Shown: one piece after another, positions 13,993 through 24,339 of the stretch
How positions within the stretch are numbered: the first letter of the stretch is position 1
Layout of the letters: every line of letters begins with the position of its first letter
Origin: Perkinsus chesapeaki ATCC PRA-425
Lineage: Eukaryota > Protista > Perkinsozoa
Direction of reading: 5' to 3'
DNA: 64,000 nucleotides
Assembly (NCBI GenBank): GCA_013115145.1
Contig: JAAPAO010000066.1
Location: 31,354 to 95,353, forward strand
The notes under the pieces: generated by a model
Databases searched by the model: none
What the model was told of the DNA's origin: nothing
What the model saw: the letters and a program-made list of their open reading frames with translations, nothing else
Position numbers and translations under genes: made by a program

Positions 13993-14957
13993 ATGAGTTC
14001 TCGTGTTGTAGTGAAGTTTCACTTCAAGTCGGAAATACTCCGAATAAGAGCTGTTGCAGAGGACTTTGATTCGATCGACAAGGTCCGAGAATACGTGGCT
14101 GACTGCTGGCCGGAGCTTCGTGGTAAAGACTTTGAGATTCAGTACAAGGACTACGGTGATGTTAAGAGAGTTCTCAACGAGCATTCGATAGATCATGCTT
14201 TTGATGTCGCCCACGATAAGGTCCGAAAAGTCACTCAGATCCCCTGTGTTGATTTCTTCGTAACGGAGAAGGTCAATGTTGCTGATAACAAGCAGGGTGA
14301 GGCTAAGATACCAGAAGAAAAGAAGCAACAAGAAGCTGCTAAGGAGGGTACCTGCCCTGCTATGAGCAAGTGCCCTTATATGGCTGCTAAGGAAGGTACC
14401 TGTCCTGCTATGAGCAAGTGCCCTTATATGGCTGCTAAAGAGGGTACCTGTCCTGCTATGAGCAAGTGCCCTTATATGGCTGCTAAGGAGGGTACCTGTC
14501 CTGCTACGAGCAAGTGCCCTTGTATGGCTGTAAAGGAGGGTACCTGTCCTGCTATGAGCAAGTGCCCTTATATGGCTGCTAAGGAAGGTACCTGTCCTGC
14601 TATGAGCAAGTGCCCTTCNNNNNNNNNNNNNNNNNNNNNNNNNNNNNNNNNNNNNNNNNNNNNNNNNNNNNNNNNNNNNNNNNNNNNNNNNNNNNNNNNN
14701 NNNNNNNNNNNNNNNCCTGTCCTGCTATGAGCAAGTGCCCTTATATGGCTGCTAAGGAAGGTACCTGTCCTGCTATGAGCAAGTGCCCTTATATGGCTGC
14801 TAAGGAAGGTACCTGTCCTGCTATGAGCAAGTGCCCTTATATGGCTGCTAAGGAAGGTACCTGTCCTGCTATGATGTGTCACTATGCAATGGTCTGTCCA
14901 CAGAACTACTGTTGTTGTTGTCCTTGCCCATATTGCTGTCATTACTGCAGTTGTTAA
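13993..14957 (+). CDS. PB1-domain protein A with Cys/Met-rich 16-aa repeats and Cys-rich tail
   Basis: N-terminal PB1 (VVVKFHF...WPEL...YKDYGD); repeats CPAMSKCPYMAAKEGT; tail CPQNYCCCCPCPYCCHYCSC*; N gap inside the repeat. Confidence 0.8.
14335..14872 (+). repeat. 48-bp coding tandem repeat
   Basis: GCTGCTAAGGARGGTACCTGTCCTGCTATGAGCAAGTGCCCTTATATG repeated; copy number unresolved because of the gap. Confidence 0.95.
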
Positions 14958-15885
14958 GCTACTCAATTCCCTCCAAATCAGTAGTTACTCGCGTATTCGC
15001 TTTCCGTTAATCTTCATTTGTTTGAAACTCTAAAAGACCCGTTTATTTCACATTTCGTACGTCGTTGAGTTGCCTAGTTGAGGCGAGATGATTTTTAAAA
15101 TGGTGGATGGTTGGGGAGATGGAAAAAATGAAATTTGAAAATGTGCGAAATTATTGTTTCTCCATCTTTTATATTTATTGAGGTATTAATAGAATATATG
15201 ATGATGTACATTTCTTTCTCGAAAGATGTCCTGGTTTTTACCAGGACATATAGCAGTAAATTTGATATCGATCAAGGAGCTTCTCGCAAGGAGGCCAATT
15301 AGAGAATCAAAACAACGTTTGGATAGTTCCTGTTTGTGACGAGCGCATGAAAAGTGAAGTAGACAGCATTTGTGTTGCGCATAATACATGTGCCTCACAT
15401 CGCGCTGAAGAGCGCCCACTACCGAGACTGCTACGGGAATGAGCGTTGCTACCAGCAGAAACTTGGTAGATTGTGATTTGAGCTCAAAAGCTTTGAAAGA
15501 TCCCCCTAGTCACTTTCTCACTGCACAATTAAGACTTTCATCATCATTATCTTTCACTTGGTGTAATATGGCGCATATCTTTCTACATCTTCTTGTTGCA
15601 CAGCATCACCTGCCCAACACAATACTTTATAACTTATTGTGAAGTGCGCTTACCCTACATGTGGTAGATAGTTGCCTAAGAACATAATTTCCTACCCGTC
15701 CTTTGTGTGAGAGGATCTTTCTCAGCTTTGTGTGAATCTGTCTCTGTGTCCGTCGGAATTTCTCAACAGACGCTAAACATTACTACTTGGTGTAATGGGC
15801 CATTTCCTCTTTGTGAACTTGTTTGCCATGTTGTCATGGGTTGCTCTTCATCAGTTGTATAAGTTATTCTTTCTTCTAAGTTGTC

Positions 15886-17106
15886 ATGTGTGATCAAGTC
15901 GTTCTAAAGTTCCATTTCAATTCGGATATCGTCCGCGTGCGTGCCAGTCCCAGCGACTGCGACTCTGTAGCGAAACTGCACGAGTATGCAGCTGACGCCT
16001 GGCCAGAGCTCAGAGGCAAACACTTCGATATCGTCTTCTGTGACGGTCTAGGTGCGAAGGACATCTTGGATGAGGAGAAGCTCGGTAAATTGTTATCAGA
16101 GGCATCTGGCTCTGATAGCACTTCGAGAAACATCGGCCTATTCGTGGAGGAGCGCGCTGATGATGATGAGGCAGCAGCAGCAGCAACTGCTGATGAGAAA
16201 CCCGGTACTACTGCTGATAACGATGGTGCATGTCAGTGCCCAATGAAGGGTCCTTGTCCATGTATATGTATGTGCCATCATATGATGGGTTGCTGTCCTG
16301 CTATGGCCAAGTGCCCCTATATGGCAGGCAAGTGTGGTGATGCTTGCAAGTGCACTGNNNNNNNNNNNNNNNNNNNNNNNNNNNNNNNNNNNNNNNNNNN
16401 NNNNNNNNNNNNNNNNNNNNNNNNNNNNNNNNNNNNNNNNNNNNNNNNNNCTCTGGCAGGCAAGTGTGGTGATGCTTGCAAGTGCCCTGCTATGATGGGT
16501 TGCTGTCCTGCTATGGCCAAGTGCCCCTATATGGCAGTCAAGTGTGGTGATGCTTGCAAGTGCCCTGCTATGATGGGTTGCTGTCCTGCTATGGCCAAGT
16601 GCCCCTATATGGCAGGCAAGTGTGGTGATGCTTGCAAGTGCGGTGATGCCTGCAAGTGCGGTGATGCCTGCAAGTGCGGTGATGCCTGCAAGTGCGGTGA
16701 TGCTTGCAAGTGCGGTGATGCCTGCAAGTGCGGTGATGCCTGTAACAAGGCATCTTCAAGCTTATCGGGCTTGCCGGTAATGAGATGCCATGGCATGTTG
16801 GTCTGCCCTGTTATGAGACACCACGGTTCAGTTTGCTGCCCCATGCGCAAGTGTTGCAACCCTGCTGCTGTCGAGAAGCCCGCCTCTGAAGGTTCCCAGA
16901 CCCCAGACGCTTCTCAGGAGTCTTGCTGCCAGAAGGAGCGTTCTTCTTGCCCTTGCTGCTGCTTCTGCCCAGCTGCTGCCATGGAATGCCCCTACATACA
17001 CCGTGCGTGCATGTGCCCTATTATCCGATGCCACCTAATGATGATGATGGCCAATTGCCCTGCCCACTGTTGCGCTCCTGTTGCTGAGACCGCAAAAGAA
17101 GACTAG
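15886..17106 (+). CDS. PB1-domain protein B with metallothionein-like Cys-rich repeats
   Basis: PB1 (VVLKFHF...WPELRG); repeats CPAMMGCCPAMAKCPYMAGKCGDACK and (CGDACK)n; Cys-rich C-terminus; N gap inside. Confidence 0.8.
   Translation: MCDQVVLKFHFNSDIVRVRASPSDCDSVAKLHEYAADAWPELRGKHFDIVFCDGLGAKDILDEEKLGKLLSEASGSDSTSRNIGLFVEERADDDEAAAAATADEKPGTTADNDGACQCPMKGPCPCICMCHHMMGCCPAMAKCPYMAGKCGDACKCTXXXXXXXXXXXXXXXXXXXXXXXXXXXXXXXXLAGKCGDACKCPAMMGCCPAMAKCPYMAVKCGDACKCPAMMGCCPAMAKCPYMAGKCGDACKCGDACKCGDACKCGDACKCGDACKCGDACKCGDACNKASSSLSGLPVMRCHGMLVCPVMRHHGSVCCPMRKCCNPAAVEKPASEGSQTPDASQESCCQKERSSCPCCCFCPAAAMECPYIHRACMCPIIRCHLMMMMANCPAHCCAPVAETAKED
16280..16742 (+). repeat. Coding tandem repeats (78-bp and 18-bp units)
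   Basis: TGCGGTGATGCYTGCAAG repeated about 7 times after longer CPAM/CPYM units. Confidence 0.9.
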
Positions 17107-17998
17107 GCAAATGGTATTCATACTTTTCTCTGAAGAGTGTTATTAAAGACAATTAATCGTCGAGATGATCTCCGCGTTCATTATGAACGAAATACCACTT
17201 TTAAGGTAACGATATATTACCCTTACTTTGCCTAAAGTTGTTGCTGTTTACGCATAGCTTTTTCCAATCTCAATTAATGTTGTGTTCTTTCCAAATTGAA
17301 TGTTTTCTACTATTCGTATTTACAGCCTTAGATCGAACATTCCCAAATACTATCTTTCCCTCTGCGGTTGGACTGTTATTATTCGGTCACTAGGTTTCTA
17401 GGGGTGACGTGGGCCACTATGGCCATTTAACGAGTAGTTCGAGTTCTGCAGCTATGTGTTTTACCAAGATAGTTCTATCTGTTGGTATGCACTGAGTCCG
17501 CATATATTAACAGCGTCGCTGTAACAGCGATCCTGATTATGTTACTTCCTAATAGCACAATAACAGCTATCATGTGCTGTAGTGGCGTCGTAGATACTGT
17601 TGGCTTATATAATGTATTATTAAGTCACCGGCTTTAGGAGTTGAAGGAGTTATATTCTTCCTGCTTGCAACAGCAGCACAACGCTATTCGTGGGTGGCTC
17701 TACTTTGCCGTGTGTGTGGGAGTTTATAGTCTAACGCCGAATAGGGTTTAGTTGGACTATCCATTCTGTGTCGTGTCGTTATGATGCCAGAGCTACGTAG
17801 TAGAGGTTGTACCATTTTTACACAATGTGGGACATGTTGTCCCCCTAAGCTAGTGAGCATCTTGTGGTAGGCATCGCGGAAAGGTATCTTTAGGTCAAGC
17901 GTGCATGATACAAAAAAAGTCAGAGTAGAGCCACCACATGAGCGCCCATCAAGATCATCGTTTTTGGCAGTTATTATTAATATACCTGATTATAAACT

Positions 17999-20071
17999 AT
18001 GAGTGACCAAATAGTTCTGAAGCTTCATTTCAATTCGGAGATCGTCCGAGTAAGAGTCGCATCTTCTGAATGCTCCTCCTACTCTCAAGTGTGTTCTTAC
18101 ATAACCAGCACTTGGCCCCAACTGGCTAGCAGCGACTTCGCCGTCTACTACGTTGATGATGAGAATGATAAGTGCCTGTTGAACGATCGTTCCCTTGCTG
18201 ATGCCGCTGAAGTGTCTAAGGAGATCGCCGCCAATAACAACAAGAAGACTCCAAGCATCGACTTGTACGTCGAAATCGCCGCCAGAAAGGCCGAGGAGAA
18301 GGAAGAGCCCAAGCCCGAGCCCAAGCAGCCTGCCGATTTCTTCGGTAACGTTGCCAGCTGTGACGTCTGTGGTCAGTACCCTATCTTTGGAATGAGGTAC
18401 AAGTGCCAGACTTGCCCTGACTACGACATGTGTGAGACTTGCTACGATAATCGTACTTCTGAGACTCACGATCCCTCACATAAGTTCACTCAGCTGCCCG
18501 GTGTCCAAGTCCCGCCGATGTTCCCTTGGTTCATGATGAATGGTGGCTGCCCGGTTGCCGGCAAGGGCAAGGGCAAGGGCAAGGGCAAAGGCAAGGGCTA
18601 CTGTGGCGACCGTGCTGCCGACGGTAGCTTTCCCTTCAACGCAATGTTCTTTGGCGGCAAGGGCAAGGGAAAGGGCAAAGGAAAGGGATGCTGCAGTGAA
18701 GATTGGTTGAAGAACCTCTGGGCCCAAGGGAAGGCCGCTGCTGACCAGTTCGCTATGGCTGCTGGGATTCATCCTGGAGTGACCTGTGATGGGTGTGGTG
18801 TCAGCCCCATTGTCGGGCTGAGGTGAGTTTGCTTCCCATCACTCTCGCTTAACATTGCGCATGTTCAGGTACAAGTGTCTCACCTGCCCTAACTACGACC
18901 TTTGTTCCAAGTGCTACAACAACGACAAGATCGTTCATGATCACCCTAGAGAGGACTTCTGGGGGATGACTCCCGAAGATACCATTGACCTGAAGAATGG
19001 TGATGAGCCGCCTAAGTCCCCATCTGCTGCTGCTGCTGACCAGCAAGAGCGGGAGAAGACCCCTGAGAAGAAGCAGCCTGAGCAGCAGGAGGCCTCTGAG
19101 AAGAAGCAGCCCGAGCAGCAGGAGGCCTCTGAGAAGAAGCAGCCTGATCAGCAGGAGGCCTCTGAGAAGAAGCAGCCTGATCAGCAGGAGGCCTCTGAGA
19201 AGAAGCAGCCTGAGCAGCAGGATGCCTCTGAGAAGAAGCAGCCTACTGAGGAGGATAAAGGTAGGGTTAGACAATTTTGTTGCTGTTGTATTGCCTGTCC
19301 TTCTTCGCCCCAGATACTGCGTCTGATGCTGGAAGCTGGACTCATGTCGATTCTCAAGCAACTCAACAACAACAACAACAACCTTCATGCGCCCAACTTG
19401 ATGCGCAGCAAGATGCCTTAGAGAAAGAGGACGCCGTCAAGAGCTCAGCCAAGGATACGGAGGCAGTCTCTGACTCCAAGACTGACAACAAGTCCGCCGA
19501 GGTTCCGGAGACTACCCCTACGCAGACCCCCGGAAATGCAGCTGTCCCTGCCGAGTCTGCGGATGGCGCTGCTCAAGAGGCTGGCGAGCCGAAGGCAGCC
19601 GAGCCACGCTCTCGCGGCGGTGTAGAGGAGCCTCAGATCTCTGAAGCCCCAGCAGCGGCGCAAGAACAGAGCCAGCCTGCTGCTGATGGACAACAACAGG
19701 TGGGTTGTGTGGCGCTGCATTTCGGTAGCGTATTTTCGTGTCTTTTTTAGGGAAGCGGGGAGTCCACCGTGGAGACTATCATGAACTTGATGACGAATCT
19801 CGGATTGGTTCAAAACAGGGACGCTGCGGGGCAGTTCGTCCGTGATGTGGTGAGTCACTTGAACTGGCGGGTTTTGTTTCATTGTGGATTTCAGATGAGC
19901 ACAAGCCAAGACATCACCAGTATGGTCGACCACTTCCGTACCCACGCCGAGGCCGTCCAAAACCAAATGAGACAAGCCCAGGAGCAAATGAGGCAGGCAC
20001 AGGAGCAACTTCACCAAGCTCAACAACAGCAACAACAGCAGCAGCCGCAGCCGCAGCAGCAGCAACCCTAA
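17999..20071 (+). CDS. p62/SQSTM1-NBR1-like selective autophagy receptor (PB1-ZZ-ZZ-repeat-LIR-UBA-like)
   Basis: Exons 17999-18822, 18869-19260, 19314-19699, 19751-19849, 19895-20071 are phase-consistent; PB1 with basic Lys and YVDDEND; two ZZ fingers; SDAGSWTHV; C-terminal helical segment LMTNLGL...QDITSMVDHF weakly UBA-like. Confidence 0.8.
19063..19245 (+). repeat. 33-bp coding repeat (EKKQP[E/D]QQEAS, about 5 copies)
   Basis: Direct reading of sequence and ORF. Confidence 0.9.
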
Positions 20072-20281
20072 GGAGTGAACCCGAAGAGTTTGAGCAATTA
20101 TGATGATGCTTTGAAATACTCCTAACAAAGACGTTGAGATCTTTTTAAGTCATCCAGAAACCCTTTCCTTTTGTTATGGTCACCGTCGAGTGAATTCTGT
20201 TAGAAACAGGGGAATACCAGATAGCTGTTGCGTTATCGAGTACACAAAGATTGTCTCCTCCGAAGAGTGTTGACTCTGCAA

Positions 20282-21437
20282 ATGCCAGTCTTCATCAAGC
20301 TCAAGTTCGACTCAGAGGTAGCCAGGTGGCGTATTTTCTATGTGCCAGCTCTCGCGGACGTCCGCCGATGCCTCTACGAAAAGTGGCCGCATCTGAGAGA
20401 GGACGCCAATGTTAAGTTATTCTACACCGACGAGGACGGTGATAAATGTCTGTTAAACGAGGACTCCCTGTTCGATGCGTGGGAGCTGGCTAAGCACCGC
20501 GTAGAGCACCAGGATGCTAGATCGCCGACTCTGAACCTGCTCGTCGAGCGTGGTACCTCTGCTATACCTCCAGCCGTTCACAGCCTATCTGGTTTGAATC
20601 TCAAGGGCTGTCTCTATGTGATACTGCCCATGTCTTATTATAACAAGTTGCTCGGCGACTCTATTATCAAAAATGATGTTGACGGAGGTAACCAGCTTCT
20701 GCCATCGCCATTCATGATAGTGTGTGCTGTATTGATTAATAATATGATCATTCCGAGGTGACCCCCTAAGGGAAACTGTAGCGAGGATTAGCGAGAAGGA
20801 TAATGATAATAGAAATAAGTTGTACATTGTATGCATCTAAAAGTCATAGTAGATATTGATAACATCTAAATGAGATATATTATAAATGATCCCTTGCTGC
20901 TATACTATATGCTATGTGACAACGGGTGGTATCTTACCGTTACCTTAATGAGGAGCCTGAGCAATGCAAAAGACCACTAAATTGATCCGGGAATTACGAA
21001 ATTTGATCCATGGGATATTGTGGGCATTCACGTACATCGGAATCATCACTGCTCAAAATTGCGACCATGACTGTTGCCACGTTCACTGGATACCTGCGAG
21101 GATGGGATAGCGGCTATCCGATAGCCAAGTGCTGCTTATTCTGTACAAACTCCTTATGGGTTTCTGTGAGATAATGTCGTTGAAGGAGGCGTAGCCTTGT
21201 AGGTGTTGTTGTAATAACGGGTTATTGATCGTCGGGGCGTGTGGCTCAACGGTAGAGCATCTGACTCCAGATCCGACGGCTGTCCGTTCGAATCGGGCCA
21301 AGCTCATTTTAGGCAGTAGGTCTGGTATAAACCCGGTCTTTTCAGATATCGCAGTCCTCGACTCTGCGTCCGATTCTGGCCACACCAGCTGCAGCAGCAG
21401 TGGAAGCTGGTTGAATGTTCCCGCTGAATCATTCTGA
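20282..21437 (+). CDS. PB1-domain protein D with putative terminal LIR exon
   Basis: PB1 (FIKLKF...YTDEDGDKCLL) from ATG 20282; phase-1 donors at 20553 and about 20690 fit acceptor 21312 and exon 21313-21437 ending SSSGSWLNVPAESF*; internal exons uncertain. Confidence 0.65.
21235..21306 (+). tRNA. trnW: tRNA-Trp(CCA)
   Basis: 72-nt cloverleaf with A and B boxes, followed by TTTT; G5.A68 and U29.C41 mismatches. Confidence 0.8.
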
Positions 21438-21974
21438 CACCCCTAGCCATCCTCGTTGAACCTAAACGGGTTAGTCAATGGCCGTTCTTTGTTGTTATCT
21501 TCTGCGGTTCTCTTCGTGTACGTATGCTTTGTTCGCTGCGTTTAGATATCGGTTTGTCCGCTTTTCGTTATGCCGCCTGCAACCCACGCCCTTCTGAATG
21601 TTAATCCCCTACCGTAACTATTCGACTACATTACAATTTATTTCATCTGTGTGAGCATACCAACAGGTTTTTATCTCACCTGGCTCATCCACAGTTTGCC
21701 TCAAAAGATGCAATGTTTCGTTCATCTGCAAGTGAGGAAGAGTACACTCGTTCTTCTCGCCATCCTCAGCAATTGGCCGTGGTCCTGTTTTTTCTATCTT
21801 CGACCCACAAGAAAACGTGCCCGGCTCTAGCAGCCAGACCTTTCCAAAGTTCCTGCAATCCTCCCGTCGCTGCCATAAATGGTCGCAATATCGTACTTGG
21901 GCCCTAGGATGCCTTTTCCGTGATGAGGGAAATCTTTAGCATTTTGTTGTGTCGAAAACTGTCCCCCGGTATCC

Positions 21975-22397
21975 ATGCCATTTGAACACATATTGCTGAA
22001 GCTCTATTTCAAGCAAGAGTGCATGAGGACGCGGCGCTCCTTCCAGAAGGACTGTACTTCGCAAGGTGCCGGAGTGTTGGGGAAAATAAAATCGTTAGCC
22101 GTTCTGGCCTGGCCGGAGCTGACCGAGAAGTCACTGAGATTTTACTATTGCGATGATGAGAATGACGATTGCGTGCTGCTCCCCGAGACCTGGGATGATG
22201 CGGTCTTAACTGCAGCAGCCGTCGGAGATAACAAAGGCGAGGACTCCGAACACCCGGTTGTCATTAGGGTCACCGTCGTCGTAGAAGATGATATTGTTGT
22301 TGCTGATGGATACGGCCAAGTGGCTGCCAAGACCGACACAGCGCGTGAGAGCGGTGGCGGGATTAATCGACGGCCTCGATTCGACGGTTCCCTGTAG
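21975..22397 (+). CDS. PB1-domain protein E (PB1 plus short tail)
   Basis: ILLKLYF...WPEL...YYCDDENDDCVLL. Confidence 0.75.
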   Translation: MPFEHILLKLYFKQECMRTRRSFQKDCTSQGAGVLGKIKSLAVLAWPELTEKSLRFYYCDDENDDCVLLPETWDDAVLTAAAVGDNKGEDSEHPVVIRVTVVVEDDIVVADGYGQVAAKTDTARESGGGINRRPRFDGSL

Positions 22398-24339
22398 TGG
22401 AGGGTTGGATAGAACAGCTTGGAATGAAGACATGCGCTAATTTCCGTATCTTTTGATGGAACCGATTTCCCTTAGACTTTTTTTTATTTTTCCGGAAACT
22501 CGGTGAAATTCCGGCAGATCTTAGCGTCCCTAATTATAACAGTGTGTGCGAGTTTATGGTCCAACACCAAAAATGGCTTAGTTGCACTATGTCTTACTGC
22601 TGCTGGCCGAGTTCATTACTTATATTGCTCCGTCACTGTATGGTTCACCCAGAAAAATGTAACTGGTGTTGAGAGATTCTACTATAGTGCCCATCTCCTA
22701 TAGCGACTCGAGGCGGCGAGGAGAGCTCTGCTGAGGGAGTCACACGAGCGATGATATCATTAATAGATATTAAAACAGACACTCAATTCATCACAGACAG
22801 GCATTACGATAAGGCGGTGACCGGATCTATAAACCTGTTGGGGGTACAAACCCTTCACTTCGGAAGATTTTAGTCGTCAAACTTCGCAGAATTTTGGTGA
22901 AAAAATTCGCGGAAGATAGCATACAAAGTATCGCGTAGATCTGTACAAATGATGACACTATCGGTTGTGACATAGATTCCACAAAAACAAGTAAACATCT
23001 CAGTTAAGGAGGCGCGTCAGGAAATTTAGAAAGTTTTCTCATTTTGCTCAGTTATCAACAGTCATCAGCCCAGTAAGGTCGCCAAGCGACCTCGTCGAGT
23101 ATCTTCTGTTCTGCCTACAAGGATCACTTCAACGCCGTTCGCTCGGCCCAAGCAAGGCTCCTCGCCTTCTGCGTCTTTCACCGCCGCCACGAATGGGGTT
23201 GCTCCGTTTGCAGGTAATTGGGAATGCACTCAACCTTGGAACTGCTACGGAAGGTTTGGACGCCTTGATCGGAACAGCTAGCGCATCTTCCAGAAGAATT
23301 AAAACAGATCGTCTCGTCGAGTCTATTGTTGACGTCTATGTGTTCTGGAAGGGGTCTCGGGAATGCAGGTGTTAGCGAGACTTCATTCGGATAAATTTTT
23401 ACATCGTTTGCAGTGCAAACGGCTTCTTTCCACTTCACGCGCTACAACTCTGCGGACTTCAATGAAAATTCTATAGCCCAGGGCTTCTCCGTCGACAGGT
23501 TCGACCGTGCCCCTTCCAGCACCGCCTTCAATGAAGACAACCGAAAATAACAGGGAGATTGACCTGGAAGCCGCCGACAACCAAAGTATTAAAGTTTACT
23601 TTTCGGGGTCATTGATTTCGGTAGGTAAATCTACAACGGAAGAGAATGAAGTGCAGATGGAAATCGACAAGACAGTCGAGGATAAAGTTTAAACTGAGTT
23701 CCTCATGTTGTTATTTTCTGACACCTCTAGCTGTTTAGTGGGGTTATTCTGTGAAGGCTGGAATCTATCTAGCCTCAGTGAGATGAATTCCTCGGTGGTA
23801 TAGTATACCTAGGTATAGTAAAATAGTCCTAGTGCGGATAGTCTAGATAGTATGGATAGTCTGACTAAGCCAATTTCGGCGTTGGACTATAAACTCACAC
23901 ACACACGAATAAACTCAAATATGTTCCGAGAGCAAAGAGGGCATTATGGGCTTCCCCTCTAGGGCCTCTTTATGCTGCCCCTCTGTAACTCCTCGGCTGG
24001 GAGCTCGGTTCACACAAGCGAACAGCTGCGAGTTGCGACCATGATTCTTAACATCGTACTTACTCCCTGTGAGTTCTCATGGAGTAGTTATCTTGTCTAG
24101 GACAGGTTCTCTTTGACATCAGTTTGGGCGTCAAAGCTGTGCCCTAAATCGACATCCTCGAATTTTTCAACTTTCCACCACTGAGTGGTTCGCATTATAT
24201 CTTTTATTCAAATTCAACGATGAAAAAGTGCCTACTTTCTCTGAATCATTCAAGTCCGTTTTCTCGCTTCAAATTTGCTGCTAAAAAACGTCCAGTCATC
24301 TTCAGATCAAGTCTTCAATTCGGCAGCGTTCCATTTCAC

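Noticed and set aside
14619-14716. Apparent frameshift in PB1 gene A
   Set aside because: Frame change occurs across an N gap of arbitrary length
14945-14957. C-terminal CSC (Rab-type CXC prenylation motif) near a Rab escort protein gene
   Set aside because: REP presents substrates through the Rab GTPase fold, which this protein lacks; most likely a by-product of a Cys-rich tail
17990-20128. Long minus-strand Leu-rich ORFs
   Set aside because: Antisense shadows of the Gln/Glu/Lys-rich p62-like gene
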